Below are positions 41,638 to 55,744 of a DNA stretch of 64,000 nucleotides, in pieces. Each line of letters opens with the position of its first letter. Position 1 is the stretch's first letter. The notes beneath the pieces were generated by a model. The model ran no database searches. It saw nothing but the letters and a program-made list of their open reading frames with translations, and had not been told where the DNA came from. Location: assembly GCF_058153355.1 (NCBI RefSeq), contig NZ_CM177019.1. One strand, 5' to 3'. The position numbers and the translations under genes were made by a program.

Positions 41638-41739
41638 TGCCTGATGCGCTACGCTTATCAGGCCTACACCGCTCCTGCAATATATTGAATTCTTGCGGTT
41701 TCGTAGGCCGGATAAGGCGGTCACGCCGCATCCGGCATG
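41638..41739. repeat. REP element pair downstream of ybaM and mscK (convergent gene ends)
   Basis: gcctgatgcgctacgcttatcaggcctaca and cgtaggccggataaggcggtcacgccgcatccggcatg. Confidence 0.7.
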
Positions 41740-41796
41740 AACAACGCACACTTTGTCAGTAATCTCGGGGCAACTAAATGTCGCCCCCTTTGGTTA

Positions 41797-44700
41797 TTAC
41801 CCTACCGCTGGTGTCGGATCGTCGCCTTTGTACTCGCGTTTGACTTCCGTCACCTCATCGCCCTTCTCGTTGTGCAGATGCACTTCAAGCTGGTTAAAGG
41901 CAATGTTGATGTCGTTTTCACGGCACAGCTGATCGATAGTACGGTTCAGCTCATCGACAGTACGGCTACGGTCACGCAGTTCACGCACATACAGACGCAG
42001 CTCATGATCCAACGTGCTGGCACCAAATGCCGTAAAGAAGACTTCCGGCATGGGTTCGTGCATCACCCTTGGGTGCTCAGTCGCCGCCTTCAGCAACACT
42101 TTACGCACTTTTTCCAGATCGGAGCCATAGGCCACGCCCAGGCGGATCACCAGACGTGTGGTGGTGTCGGTTAACGACCAGTTGATCAGACGCTCGGTAA
42201 CAAACGCTTTGTTCGGGATGATCACTTCTTTGCGATCGAAATCGGTAATCGTTGTCGCACGAATACGGATCTTACTGACCGTCCCAGAGTAGGTACCAAT
42301 GGTTACCGTGTCGCCAATGCGCACCGGACGTTCGAACAGGATAATCAAACCGGAGACGAAGTTACCGAAGATCTCTTGTAAACCAAAACCAAGACCTACG
42401 GATAATGCCGCCGCCAGCCACTGGAGTTTATCCCACGAGACGCCCAGCGATCCGAACACCGTCATCGCACCAACGGCAATGATGATGTAGTTAAGGATGG
42501 TAGTAATGGCATACGACGCGCCCTGGCGCATATTCAGTCGCGAGAGCACCAATACTTCCAGCAAACCAGGCAGGTTGCGAATCAACGCCCAGGCTACCAT
42601 TGAGGCGATAATCGCAAACAACAGACTGCCCATGGTGACGTTTTTCACCACCGCAGCGCCAGCTTCAGTGCCGTTGTAATGCCAGAGCGTGATGCTGTCG
42701 AGATAGCTGAACACGGTGATCAAATCTGACCAAATTGCCCAGAACATGACACCGAACAGCGCAAACATCAGCAACATAGTAATACGCAGCGTCTGTTGGT
42801 TAACCTGCTCCAGTGCAATGGTTGGTTCTTCCGGCGGTTCGGCACCTTCTGCGCCCTCTTTCACCAGATTCTGTCGACGCGCGAGCGCACGACGCCAGGC
42901 GATACGCCGCGCCGCTACGCTTAAGCCGCGCAATACCGTCTGGTACAGCAGGTTCCAGATGATCACCAAATAAACGGTTTCAATCCAACGCCCGGAGAGG
43001 CGCAGCGTGGTGTAGAAATAACCCGTGGCGGTCAGCACCATCAACGCAATCGGGATAATCGACAGCACGGTAATGGTGACCAGTCGCATGGTATGCGACT
43101 CTTTATCACGCCAGCTTTCGCGGCACATCGGCCATACCAGGAAGGCAATCAGCAGCAGGTTGAAGAAAATCATCGCCTGCCCCAGCACATCATCCATCAG
43201 ATGCAGCGGGGAAAGTTCTGCCACCACAGACCAGAAATGGATAGGCAGCAACGCGAGACTGATGCGGACAATTTGCCGACGCCAGTGGCTGGTCTGCTGT
43301 TCCGGCATGCCGAAGTGACGCACGGCAACACCGTTTTTCTCCAGTACCTTCCAGCACAGGCCAAACACCAGCCAGAAAATCGCCAGTTTTTTGCTGAACG
43401 ACCATAGCAGTTCGCTGATGTTGAGTTGCATGGTCAACAGAATCAGACCAACCGCAAGAATAATCAGACATACCGGCAGTGCGCGAATCAGGTCGATAAG
43501 GATCGCTTTTGGTGTGTTGAGCTGACTGTCGTTACGCAGGGAACCCACAGCGGAAGCCAGTTTTTGTTGATACGCTTTCAGCCAGCCCAGACGCCAGTGG
43601 ATCAGCCCGGCAATTAATAGCAGTGGCAAACCAGCGAGGAAAGCGATAAAGACGGCAGGCCAGGCTTTTTCCCAGTTTACCGTGATCTTCATCGACTTAA
43701 ATTCATCTTTCAGCGTTTGTGGGAACGCTTTGATCCAGTCCCAGTCCATTGGACGGTTACTGTTCACCCAAAAGATTTGCTGAGTCAGGATCGATTTCAG
43801 GTTTTTCGACACGCTCATTAACTGCTGCTGGTTGATTTGCAGGTTAATGGCCATCATCAGCTGGTTACCCAACTGTTTATTAAGCTGATCCAGCAGTTCG
43901 CGACGCATATCCACAACCTGGAGTAATGCGTCATGAACTTCACTGTTAACTTCGTTGGCGTGGCCTTCTTCCAGCTTGTTAACGAACGCATCACTCTGGA
44001 AGAGCGCATCACGCTGCTGGTTGACTTCAAACTGTTCGAGACGCAAATCCGCGATGCGGTTGGTCATGTTTTCCAGTTCATCCGCCGAGGGCAGCGTTTG
44101 TTGTTGCTGGTAAAGGATACGAGACAACAGCAGACTGCCCTTCAGGACGGCAATCTGCTCTTTAATATTGCGTTCCGATTGCAGCGCCCGCTCCAGCCAG
44201 TTTTTGACTTTAATGTTTTGCTGCATCAACTGATTACCGTTTTCAGTCGCGGTAATCAGACGCTGACTTAACTGCTGGTTAATTTCCAGTTCCTGCTTCA
44301 CCAGCGGATTAGCCTGAATACGCGCGGCTTCATCCGGGGAGACGGCTTCCTGCGCCGTTTTTTCGGTTAAAGTCAGGCGCTTGCTGTTTACTGCTTCTTG
44401 CAACAGCTGCAACTGGTGTTCCAGACGAGCACTGTTCGCCGTCACGTAATCCCGTTGCTTTTGCAAGGTATCCTGTAAGACTGTGTTCCCTTCCAGGCTT
44501 TTACGCTGCTGGTCAATCTCGGCATTCAGCAAAGCCTGCTGAGCCTGCATTAACACTTTCTGGCTGGGACGTAAGGCAGTCTCGCCGACATCAGTGCCAT
44601 CCAGGCGGCTGCGAATTTGTTGCAGCTGCTGCGAAGCGTTATACATCGCATTTTGCACGCGTTCGGGCTGCGTCTGTAACGAAACCAGCTGGCTGTTATA

Positions 44701-45159
44701 AGACGCCAGATCGTTTTGTGCGTTTTGCAAATCGTCCAGCGCCTGGGCAACGCGAGTTTCCAGCTGGCGCAACGAAAGCGTGCTCAGAATTTTGCGCGTT
44801 TCTTCGTCGTTATCGACATCGCTAAGTGCTGTTAACGCCGCGGTCGCCTGACGCATTTTTTCCGGCGCTTCAGCGACTTTTTGCCGTAGCTGAACTGTCT
44901 CTTCTTTTATGCGATCGATTTTATCGAGGGTGGCTAATGTATCTGTCAGATCCTGCTGCACCAGTTTGTCCTGAGCAGAAAGATCTTTTTGTTTATTCAG
45001 TGAGTCAAGTTGTGCCTGCAGGTCCGCTTTTGTCGGCAGATCACCATTCGATGGCGCCCGCGCAAACGCCGCATTCTGGCATAACAAGACCAAAACAAAA
45101 GCAATGAATGCTGAAAAAACAAAATGCCGTGATCGTTTGTAATACTGGAACATAGTCAT
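41797..45159 (-). CDS. mscK: Potassium-dependent mechanosensitive channel MscK (KefA)
   Basis: 1120-aa ORF; signal peptide, long coiled-coil periplasmic region, multi-TM domain and MscS-like C-terminus. Confidence 0.96.
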   Translation of the reverse strand: MTMFQYYKRSRHFVFSAFIAFVLVLLCQNAAFARAPSNGDLPTKADLQAQLDSLNKQKDLSAQDKLVQQDLTDTLATLDKIDRIKEETVQLRQKVAEAPEKMRQATAALTALSDVDNDEETRKILSTLSLRQLETRVAQALDDLQNAQNDLASYNSQLVSLQTQPERVQNAMYNASQQLQQIRSRLDGTDVGETALRPSQKVLMQAQQALLNAEIDQQRKSLEGNTVLQDTLQKQRDYVTANSARLEHQLQLLQEAVNSKRLTLTEKTAQEAVSPDEAARIQANPLVKQELEINQQLSQRLITATENGNQLMQQNIKVKNWLERALQSERNIKEQIAVLKGSLLLSRILYQQQQTLPSADELENMTNRIADLRLEQFEVNQQRDALFQSDAFVNKLEEGHANEVNSEVHDALLQVVDMRRELLDQLNKQLGNQLMMAINLQINQQQLMSVSKNLKSILTQQIFWVNSNRPMDWDWIKAFPQTLKDEFKSMKITVNWEKAWPAVFIAFLAGLPLLLIAGLIHWRLGWLKAYQQKLASAVGSLRNDSQLNTPKAILIDLIRALPVCLIILAVGLILLTMQLNISELLWSFSKKLAIFWLVFGLCWKVLEKNGVAVRHFGMPEQQTSHWRRQIVRISLALLPIHFWSVVAELSPLHLMDDVLGQAMIFFNLLLIAFLVWPMCRESWRDKESHTMRLVTITVLSIIPIALMVLTATGYFYTTLRLSGRWIETVYLVIIWNLLYQTVLRGLSVAARRIAWRRALARRQNLVKEGAEGAEPPEEPTIALEQVNQQTLRITMLLMFALFGVMFWAIWSDLITVFSYLDSITLWHYNGTEAGAAVVKNVTMGSLLFAIIASMVAWALIRNLPGLLEVLVLSRLNMRQGASYAITTILNYIIIAVGAMTVFGSLGVSWDKLQWLAAALSVGLGFGLQEIFGNFVSGLIILFERPVRIGDTVTIGTYSGTVSKIRIRATTITDFDRKEVIIPNKAFVTERLINWSLTDTTTRLVIRLGVAYGSDLEKVRKVLLKAATEHPRVMHEPMPEVFFTAFGASTLDHELRLYVRELRDRSRTVDELNRTIDQLCRENDINIAFNQLEVHLHNEKGDEVTEVKREYKGDDPTPAVG

Positions 45160-45286
45160 GATGAATGAAGGTTTCTGAACCTGAAGAACGACCTGAAAAA
45201 GTCAAACCGCAAGAATATCACGACGCAATGAACCAGAATAGCAACGGCGAAAATGTCCAGGAAAAATCCTGGAGTCAGATTCAGGG

Positions 45287-45934
45287 TTATTCGTTAGTGG
45301 CAGGGTAACGAAGCGTGGGGCACAGGAGATACATCTCCAGTAAGATGGCGACGTAATCGCGAGCTTCTTTTTTAAGATCAAAAGATTGCGGGGCAAAGAG
45401 CCAGTTTTCCATCAGGCCGGAAATATAGCCACGCATAATAATTGCTGCGCGACGTGTCATTAAATCCGCAGGCAACATTTTTGCTTCAATACAATGTTTT
45501 AACGTTTGTTCTATACGGTCATAACTTTCCAGACAGAGATTACGTTGTGCCTGTTGCACAACAGCCATTTCTCCGACAAATTCGCATTTGTGGAATATAA
45601 TCTCCATCAATAATCGACGCCGTTCTTCTGTCACCGTGGATTCAAGAACATGAATTAATATCTCTCTTAATACTGAGAGTGGATCGCCAGGGAATTTTGC
45701 CTGATACTCAAGCTCTAGTTCACCAATATTGGATTCTGACAGTTCCCAGATCTCACTGAACAAATCCGACTTGTCTTTAAAATGCCAATAGATTGCACCG
45801 CGCGTAACGCCAGCTGCTTTTGCAATCTCGCCCAGCGAGGTGGATGATACCCCCTGCTGTGAGAAAAGACGTAAAGCCACATCGAGGATGTGTTGGCGCG
45901 TTTCCTGCGCTTCTTGTTTGGTTTTTCGTGCCAT
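45287..45934 (-). CDS. acrR: TetR-family repressor AcrR
   Basis: 215-aa ORF divergent from acrA; N-terminal HTH. Confidence 0.96.
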   Translation of the reverse strand: MARKTKQEAQETRQHILDVALRLFSQQGVSSTSLGEIAKAAGVTRGAIYWHFKDKSDLFSEIWELSESNIGELELEYQAKFPGDPLSVLREILIHVLESTVTEERRRLLMEIIFHKCEFVGEMAVVQQAQRNLCLESYDRIEQTLKHCIEAKMLPADLMTRRAAIIMRGYISGLMENWLFAPQSFDLKKEARDYVAILLEMYLLCPTLRYPATNE

Positions 45935-45962
45935 ATGTTCGTGAATTTACAGGCGTTAGATT

Positions 45963-45986
45963 TACATACATTTGTGAATGTATGTA
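45963..45986. promoter_or_regulatory. AcrR operator palindrome in the acrR-acrA divergent promoter region
   Basis: 24-bp perfect inverted repeat tacatacatttgtgaatgtatgta between the acrR and acrA starts. Confidence 0.7.
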
Positions 45987-46075
45987 CCATAGCACGACGA
46001 TAATATAAACGCAGCAATGGGTTTATTAACTTTTGACCATTGACCAATTTGAAATCGGACACTCGAGGTTTACAT

Positions 46076-47269
46076 ATGAACAAAAACAGAGGGTTTACGC
46101 CTCTGGCGGTCGTTCTGATGCTCTCAGGCAGCTTAGCCCTAACAGGATGTGACGACAAACAGGCCCAACAAGGTGGCCAGCAGATGCCCGCCGTTGGCGT
46201 AGTTACAGTCAAAACTGAACCTCTGCAGATCACAACCGAGCTTCCGGGTCGCACCAGTGCCTACCGGATCGCAGAAGTTCGTCCTCAAGTTAGCGGGATT
46301 ATCCTGAAGCGTAATTTCAAAGAAGGTAGCGACATCGAAGCAGGTGTCTCTCTCTATCAGATTGATCCTGCGACCTATCAGGCGACATACGACAGTGCGA
46401 AAGGCGATTTAGCGAAAGCCCAGGCTGCAGCCAATATCGCGCAATTGACGGTGAATCGCTATCAGAAACTGCTGGGTACGCAGTACATCAGTAAGCAAGA
46501 GTACGATCAGGCTCTGGCTGATGCGCAACAGGCGAATGCCGCGGTCACTGCGGCGAAAGCTGCCGTTGAAACTGCGCGTATCAATCTGGCTTACACCAAA
46601 GTCACCTCTCCAATTAGCGGCCGCATTGGTAAGTCAAACGTGACGGAAGGTGCCCTGGTGCAAAACGGTCAGGCGACTGCGCTGGCAACCGTGCAGCAAC
46701 TTGATCCGATCTACGTTGATGTGACTCAGTCCAGCAACGACTTCCTGCGCCTGAAACAGGAACTGGCAAATGGCACGCTGAAACAAGAGAACGGCAAAGC
46801 CAAAGTGTCGCTGATCACCAGTGACGGCATTAAGTTCCCACAGGACGGTACGCTGGAGTTCTCTGACGTTACTGTCGATCAGACCACCGGGTCTATCACC
46901 CTACGCGCTATCTTCCCGAACCCGGATCACACTCTGCTGCCGGGTATGTTCGTGCGCGCACGTCTGGAAGAAGGGCTTAATCCAAACGCCATTTTAGTCC
47001 CGCAACAGGGTGTAACCCGTACGCCGCGTGGCGATGCTACCGTACTGGTGGTTGGCGCGGATGACAAAGTGGAAACCCGTCCGATCGTTGCAAGCCAGGC
47101 TATTGGCGATAAGTGGCTGGTGACAGAAGGTCTGAAAGCAGGCGATCGCGTAGTAATAAGTGGGCTGCAGAAAGTGCGTCCTGGTGTCCAGGTAAAAGCA
47201 CAAGAAGTTACCGCTGATAATAACCAGCAAGCCGCAAGCGGTACTCAGCCTGAACAGTCCAAGTCTTAA
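46076..47269 (+). CDS. acrA: Multidrug efflux periplasmic adaptor (membrane fusion lipoprotein) AcrA
   Basis: 397 aa from MNKNRGFTPLAVVLMLSGSLALTGC (lipobox); the ORF track extends 12 codons upstream. Confidence 0.97.
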   Translation: MNKNRGFTPLAVVLMLSGSLALTGCDDKQAQQGGQQMPAVGVVTVKTEPLQITTELPGRTSAYRIAEVRPQVSGIILKRNFKEGSDIEAGVSLYQIDPATYQATYDSAKGDLAKAQAAANIAQLTVNRYQKLLGTQYISKQEYDQALADAQQANAAVTAAKAAVETARINLAYTKVTSPISGRIGKSNVTEGALVQNGQATALATVQQLDPIYVDVTQSSNDFLRLKQELANGTLKQENGKAKVSLITSDGIKFPQDGTLEFSDVTVDQTTGSITLRAIFPNPDHTLLPGMFVRARLEEGLNPNAILVPQQGVTRTPRGDATVLVVGADDKVETRPIVASQAIGDKWLVTEGLKAGDRVVISGLQKVRPGVQVKAQEVTADNNQQAASGTQPEQSKS

Positions 47270-47288
47270 CTTAAACAGGAGCCGTTAA

Positions 47289-50441
<3,153 letters not shown>

Positions 50442-50458
50442 TACAACGTGTAATCACT

Positions 50459-50486
50459 AAGGCCGCGCAAGCGGCCTTTTTTAGAT
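50459..50486 (+). terminator. Rho-independent terminator of acrAB
   Basis: aaggccgcgcaagcggcc stem-loop followed by tttttt, 18 bp after the acrB stop. Confidence 0.7.
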
Positions 50487-50987
50487 GCATAACCTACGAG
50501 TTGAATGGGGAACTGAACAATCAACTCAGAATCTCATATGAAAACCAGTATTAACTTCGCATAAAATTCATAAAAAATACTGATTGTTAGTTAATTTATA
50601 TTAAGCAGGGCTAATAGATTTAATAATCCATAATCATTTAGAGGCTTTTCTTAATTATTTGCGGTAATTCTTTATTCATTCCTCGGTTATTACGACATAT
50701 TCAGAGCATTCCTGGTATTAGTGTGACCAATTTCATCTGGCGATAATCTTGAAATGTTATGAACAGTTCGAGCAAACTGCTTTTACCTGCAGCGGGTTGG
50801 TGCTAGTATGAAAAAGTGAGTCCTATCCCGCTTCCTTCCTATTTGTAATTTTTCGTAATAATGCGATGAAAACCTGCAAAGAGTGGCTTATAGTTAAGCT
50901 AACAAACGAGAGGGCAAGTCCAGGTCAGTAAGTTTTTTCCATCCCGAAAGGTGTCCGTTAGTTCAACCGCTAAGAAGGGGACGCGTT

Positions 50988-51362
50988 ATGGATGAATACT
51001 CACCCAAAAGACATGATATCGCACAGCTTAAGTTTCTCTGTGAAACCCTGTATCATGATTGCCTTGCAAACCTTGAAGAAAGCAACCATGGCTGGGTTAA
51101 CGACCCAACCTCGGCGATCAACCTCCAGTTGAATGAACTGATTGAGCATATTGCGACCTTCGCACTTAATTACAAAATTAAGTATAATGAAGACAATAAG
51201 CTCATTGAGCAGATCGACGAATATCTGGATGACACCTTTATGTTGTTCAGTAGTTATGGTATTAATATGCAGGATCTTCAAAAATGGCGGAAGTCAGGTA
51301 ATCGACTATTCCGTTGTTTTGTCAATGCGACGAAAGAGAATCCTGCGAGTTTATCTTGTTAG
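50988..51362 (+). CDS. tomB: Hha toxicity modulator TomB (YbaJ)
   Basis: 124-aa ORF, TomB sequence recall; immediately upstream of hha. Confidence 0.94.
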
Positions 51363-51387
51363 AATTATTACAACCATGGGTAGAAGT

Positions 51388-51606
51388 ATGTCCGAAAAAC
51401 CTTTAACCAAAACCGATTATTTAATGCGTTTACGTCGTTGCCAGACAATTGACACGCTGGAGCGTGTTATCGAGAAAAATAAATACGAATTATCAGATAA
51501 TGAACTGGCGGTATTTTACTCAGCCGCAGATCACCGCCTCGCCGAATTGACTATGAATAAACTGTACGACAAGATCCCTTCCTCAGTATGGAAATTTATT
51601 CGCTAA
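51388..51606 (+). CDS. hha: Haemolysin expression modulator Hha
   Basis: 72 aa from [35 protein letters not shown]...; the ORF track merges it into a longer upstream-extended ORF. Confidence 0.96.
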
Positions 51607-51777
51607 TAAATAATTGGCTTTCGGAGCTATAACCAGCTGTTTATTAAGAATTTTATACTTTATCGCCATGAAGGCGCACCCTATGTGATCTTCATCACAC
51701 AGACGTAATGGGAACGTTCTCTTCACTGACTTTTCGTCTTACTGTGTTGCCGCATTTTCAGCAACCGGAGGTCAGTA

Positions 51778-52329
51778 ATGAGCACAGAAAAAGAAAAGAT
51801 GATTGCTGGTGAGTTGTATCGCTCGGCAGATGAGACGTTATCTCGCGATCGCATGCGCGCTCGTCAGCTTATTCACCGATACAATCATTCCCTGGCGGAA
51901 GAGGAAACATTACGCCAGCAAATTCTCGCTGATTTATTCGGTCAGGTGACAGAGGCTTATATTGAGCCAACGTTTCGCTGTGACTATGGCTATAACATTT
52001 TTCTCGGCAATAATTTTTTCGCCAACTTCGATTGCGTGATGCTTGATGTCTGCCCTATTCGCATCGGTGATAACTGTATGTTAGCGCCAGGTGTTCATAT
52101 CTACACGGCAACACATCCCATCGACCCTGTAGCACGTAATAGCGGTGTTGAACTGGGGAAACCCGTCACCATCGGTAATAACGTCTGGATTGGCGGACGC
52201 GCAGTCATTAACCCTGGTGTGACCATTGGTGATAACGTCGTGGTAGCCTCAGGTGCAGTTGTCACAAAAGATGTCCCGGACAATGTTGTCGTGGGCGGTA
52301 ATCCAGCCAGAACCATTAAAAAATTGTAA
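51778..52329 (+). CDS. maa: Maltose O-acetyltransferase
   Basis: 183-aa ORF with hexapeptide-repeat acyltransferase sequence. Confidence 0.95.
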   Translation: MSTEKEKMIAGELYRSADETLSRDRMRARQLIHRYNHSLAEEETLRQQILADLFGQVTEAYIEPTFRCDYGYNIFLGNNFFANFDCVMLDVCPIRIGDNCMLAPGVHIYTATHPIDPVARNSGVELGKPVTIGNNVWIGGRAVINPGVTIGDNVVVASGAVVTKDVPDNVVVGGNPARTIKKL

Positions 52330-52444
52330 CCTGTTTTTCGCAACTGTTATGCAAAATCGTGGCAAATCTGTTACTTTCCCTCTACTATTCCCACGTTAAA
52401 ATAGGGTGTTCCCTGGAAAGTTGCAGATACCACGAAGGCAAACG

Positions 52445-52915
52445 ATGACCGAAATACAACGCCTGCTGACCGAAACGATTGAGTCTCTGAATACCCGCGA
52501 AAAACGCGACAACAAACCCCGCTTTAGTATCAGTTTTATCCGTAAACATCCGGGGCTGTTTATTGGTATGTACGTTGCTTTTTTTGCCACCCTGGCGGTG
52601 ATGTTGCAGTCCGAAACGCTGTCAGGTTCTGTCTGGCTACTGGTTGTATTATTTATCCTGCTTAATGGTTTCTTCTTTTTCGATGTCTACCCACGCTACC
52701 GCTATGAAGATATCGACGTGCTGGATTTCCGCGTTTGCTATAACGGCGAATGGTACAACACGCGCTTTGTACCTGCCGCGCTGGTTGAAGCCATCTTGAA
52801 CTCTCCGCGTGTCGCGGATGTTCATAAAGAACAACTGCAAAAAATGATCGTCCGTAAAGGTGAACTGTCTTTTTACGATATTTTTACCCTCGCTCGCGCC
52901 GAATCAACATCTTAA
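52445..52915 (+). CDS. ylaC: Inner membrane protein YlaC
   Basis: 156 aa from [15 protein letters not shown]; the ORF track extends 13 codons upstream. Confidence 0.9.
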
Positions 52916-53072
52916 GTTAGGGTTACATACCAGGCGTAAAGCTCTACGCCTGGTCAAATGACAACGATCGTTTCCACCCATCGCTTCATGAAATACCAGC
53001 TCTACCTCCTTATCTCCTGCCTGCCTTTTTCCACAATCAGATATACTTTCCCTACACTGTGTTAATGAGGAT

Positions 53073-54629
53073 ATGCTGGTGAGAACACGACATCTGGTCA
53101 GCCTGATTTCGGGAGTACTGATTCTTTCAGTATTACTGCCTGTCGGCTTAAGCATCTGGCTGGCCCATCAGCAAGTACAAACATCGTTTATTGAAGAGCT
53201 GAATACTTATTCCTCCCGCGTCGCTATTCGGGCCAATAAGGTGGCGATACAAGGGAAAGATGCTCTGCAGGAGCTGGAAAGGTGGCAAGGTGCGGCCTGT
53301 AGCGCAGCCCATCTCATGAAAATGCGTCGGGTATCTTACAGTTATCGCTATATTCAGGAAGTGGTTTATATCGATAACAACGTTCCCCAGTGTTCGTCTC
53401 TGGAGCATGAAAGCCCGCCCGATACCTTCCCCGAGCCAGGTAAAATTTCGAAAGATGGTTATCGTGTCTGGTTAACATCGCATAACGATTTAGGCATTAT
53501 CCGTTACATGGTCGCCATAGGAACGGCACATTATGTCGTCATGATCGACCCCGCTTCCTTTATTGATGTCATTCCCTATAGCTCATGGCAAATTGATGCC
53601 GCCATTATTGGCAATGCCCATAATGTTGTCATAACCAGCAGCGATGAAATTGCTCAGGGAATTATTACCAGGCTACAAAAAACACCCGGTGAGCATATCG
53701 AAAATAATGGAATTATTTACGATATCCAGCCCTTCCCGGAGATGAATATTTCGATCATAACCTGGGCTTCAACGAAAATGTTGCAGAAAGGCTGGCATCG
53801 GCAAGTCTTTATTTGGTTACCGCTCGGGTTGGTGATTGGCCTGCTGGCAGCGATGTTTGTGCTGCGTATTTTGCGCCGTATCCAGTCACCGCATCATCGG
53901 CTGCAGGATGCTATCGAAAATCGTGATATTTGCGTGCACTATCAGCCGATTGTCTCCTTAGCCAATGGCAAAATTGTCGGTGCTGAGGCACTGGCGCGCT
54001 GGCCGCAGACAGACGGTAGTTGGTTGTCACCAGATAGTTTTATTCCGCTGGCACAGCAAACGGGGCTTTCTGAGCCGTTGACGCTACTGATTATAAAAAG
54101 TGTCTTTGAAGATATGGGCGACTGGCTGCGTCAGCATCCGCAGCAGCATATTTCGATCAATCTTGAATCCACCGTACTCACCTCGGAAAAAATCCCGCAA
54201 TTGCTGCGTGAAATGATCAATCACTATCAGGTTAATCCCAGACAGATCGCGCTTGAACTCACTGAACGCGAGTTTGCCGATCCGAAAACCAGCGCCCCGA
54301 TAATTTCTCGCTACCGGGAGGCGGGCCATGAAATTTATCTCGATGATTTTGGTACGGGGTATTCAAGTTTAAGCTATTTACAGGATCTGGATGTCGACAT
54401 TCTGAAGATCGATAAATCTTTCGTTGATGCGCTGGAATATAAAAATGTCACGCCACATATCATCGAAATGGCAAAAACACTGAAACTGAAAATGGTAGCG
54501 GAGGGAATCGAAACCAGTAAACAAGAAGAGTGGCTACGCCAGCATGGCGTGCACTACGGCCAGGGCTGGCTCTACAGCAAGGCATTACCGAAAGAGGATT
54601 TCTTACGCTGGGCCGAGCAACATTTGTGA
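53073..54629 (+). CDS. pdeB: c-di-GMP phosphodiesterase PdeB (YlaB), CSS-motif sensor plus EAL domain
   Basis: 518-aa ORF; N-terminal TM, periplasmic domain, second TM, EAL domain (QPIVSL...EALARW, DDFGTGYSSL). Exact start uncertain by a few codons. Confidence 0.92.
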   Translation: MLVRTRHLVSLISGVLILSVLLPVGLSIWLAHQQVQTSFIEELNTYSSRVAIRANKVAIQGKDALQELERWQGAACSAAHLMKMRRVSYSYRYIQEVVYIDNNVPQCSSLEHESPPDTFPEPGKISKDGYRVWLTSHNDLGIIRYMVAIGTAHYVVMIDPASFIDVIPYSSWQIDAAIIGNAHNVVITSSDEIAQGIITRLQKTPGEHIENNGIIYDIQPFPEMNISIITWASTKMLQKGWHRQVFIWLPLGLVIGLLAAMFVLRILRRIQSPHHRLQDAIENRDICVHYQPIVSLANGKIVGAEALARWPQTDGSWLSPDSFIPLAQQTGLSEPLTLLIIKSVFEDMGDWLRQHPQQHISINLESTVLTSEKIPQLLREMINHYQVNPRQIALELTEREFADPKTSAPIISRYREAGHEIYLDDFGTGYSSLSYLQDLDVDILKIDKSFVDALEYKNVTPHIIEMAKTLKLKMVAEGIETSKQEEWLRQHGVHYGQGWLYSKALPKEDFLRWAEQHL

Positions 54630-54670
54630 ATTTTTGGGCTGACGGCACGCCGCACAGCCCGTCACGCTAC

Positions 54671-55024
54671 CTATTCGTCGATGATTGACTCGAATCCGCC
54701 ATAGATCATTCGCTTGCCATCAAACGGCATGGACTCGCCGAACTCCTTCATCCGTGGGTCCGACATCATCTTTTGATTAGCAGCGTCGCGGACCTCTTTT
54801 GAAGGGTATTCAATCCAGCTAAAGACAACCTCTTCATTCTCTTCCGCTTTCACCGCCATACGAAAATCGGTCACTTTGCCATCCGGTACATCGCTGGCCC
54901 AGCATTCGACAATACGAAGCGCGCCAAACTCTTTAAACAATGGCGCGGCCTTAGCGGCCATTTCCCGATAGGCATCCTTTTTATCGGCAGGAACGGCAAC
55001 CACAAAACCATCAACATACTTCAT
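54671..55024 (-). CDS. ybaA: DUF1428-family protein YbaA
   Basis: 117-aa ORF, sequence recall and position. Confidence 0.92.
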   Translation of the reverse strand: MKYVDGFVVAVPADKKDAYREMAAKAAPLFKEFGALRIVECWASDVPDGKVTDFRMAVKAEENEEVVFSWIEYPSKEVRDAANQKMMSDPRMKEFGESMPFDGKRMIYGGFESIIDE

Positions 55025-55134
55025 CAGACATACCTCCGAAGCGTACTGCGCAGCCAGACAATTCTTGCGACGTCAGTTGTGGTTAAAGTTTAGCCATGTT
55101 GGGATTTTTTGACGAAACGGGGGGAGGCAGAAAT

Positions 55135-55248
55135 GGGTGGGGGCCCTGCCAGCTACATCCCGGCACACGCGTCATCTGCCTTGGCTGCTTCCTTCCGGAC
55201 CTGACCTGGTAAACAGAGTAGCGTTGCGGGAGAACCAACAGAGCCCCC
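55135..55248 (-). ncRNA. ffs: 4.5S RNA (signal recognition particle RNA)
   Basis: Minus strand reads GGGGGCTCTGTTGGTTCTCCCGCAACGCTACTCTGTTTACCAGGTCAGGTCCGGAAGGAAGCAGCCAAGGCAGATGACGCGTGTGCCGGGATGTAGCTGGCAGGGCCCCCACCC, 114 nt, matching the E. coli 4.5S RNA as recalled. Confidence 0.95.
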
Positions 55249-55324
55249 ATTGAGAGCGTTGAGAACCAACGCGCAGGCGCATTATCACTGCTGCCCCGGC
55301 TAATTGCAACCCATTGCGTGCCAG

Positions 55325-55714
55325 ATGCTGGTTTCTTGCGCAATGCGGCTTCACTCGGGCGTTTTTCCAGATTATGCTGAAAAATTACCTCAGGAAGAAA
55401 AGATGGAAAAAGAAGATTCATTTCCCCAACGCGTCTGGCAAATCGTAGCCGCTATTCCCGAAGGCTATGTCACCACTTACGGTGATGTGGCGAAACTGGC
55501 GGGATCGCCCCGCGCCGCGCGCCAGGTGGGTGGTGTGTTAAAGCGTCTCCCGGAAGGCAGCACCTTGCCCTGGCATCGGGTGGTTAATCGCCACGGCACC
55601 ATTTCGCTAACCGGACCGGATTTACAGCGTCAGCGACAGGCATTACTGGCAGAAGGTGTGATGGTGTCAGGAAGAGGGCAAATCGACTTGCAGCGTTATC
55701 GCTGGAACTACTAA
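55325..55714 (+). CDS. atl: Alkyltransferase-like DNA base-flipping protein Atl (YbaZ)
   Basis: 129 aa from MLVSCAMRLHSGVFPDYAEK; MGMT-like DNA-binding fold lacking the PCHR cysteine (PWHRVV). Confidence 0.9.
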   Translation: MLVSCAMRLHSGVFPDYAEKLPQEEKMEKEDSFPQRVWQIVAAIPEGYVTTYGDVAKLAGSPRAARQVGGVLKRLPEGSTLPWHRVVNRHGTISLTGPDLQRQRQALLAEGVMVSGRGQIDLQRYRWNY

Positions 55715-55734
55715 CCCTCTCCGGGCGGAGAGGG
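55715..55734. terminator. Hairpin between the convergent atl and ybaY genes
   Basis: ccctctccgggcggagaggg, perfect 8-bp stem. Confidence 0.5.
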
Positions 55735-55744
55735 TTAACTTCGC

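Noticed and set aside
50442-50987. 546-bp AT-rich acrB-tomB spacer as a possible hidden gene or mobile remnant
   Set aside because: No ORF of 60 aa or more and no inverted or direct terminal repeats; it holds the acrB terminator and is otherwise consistent with an extended promoter/leader for tomB-hha.
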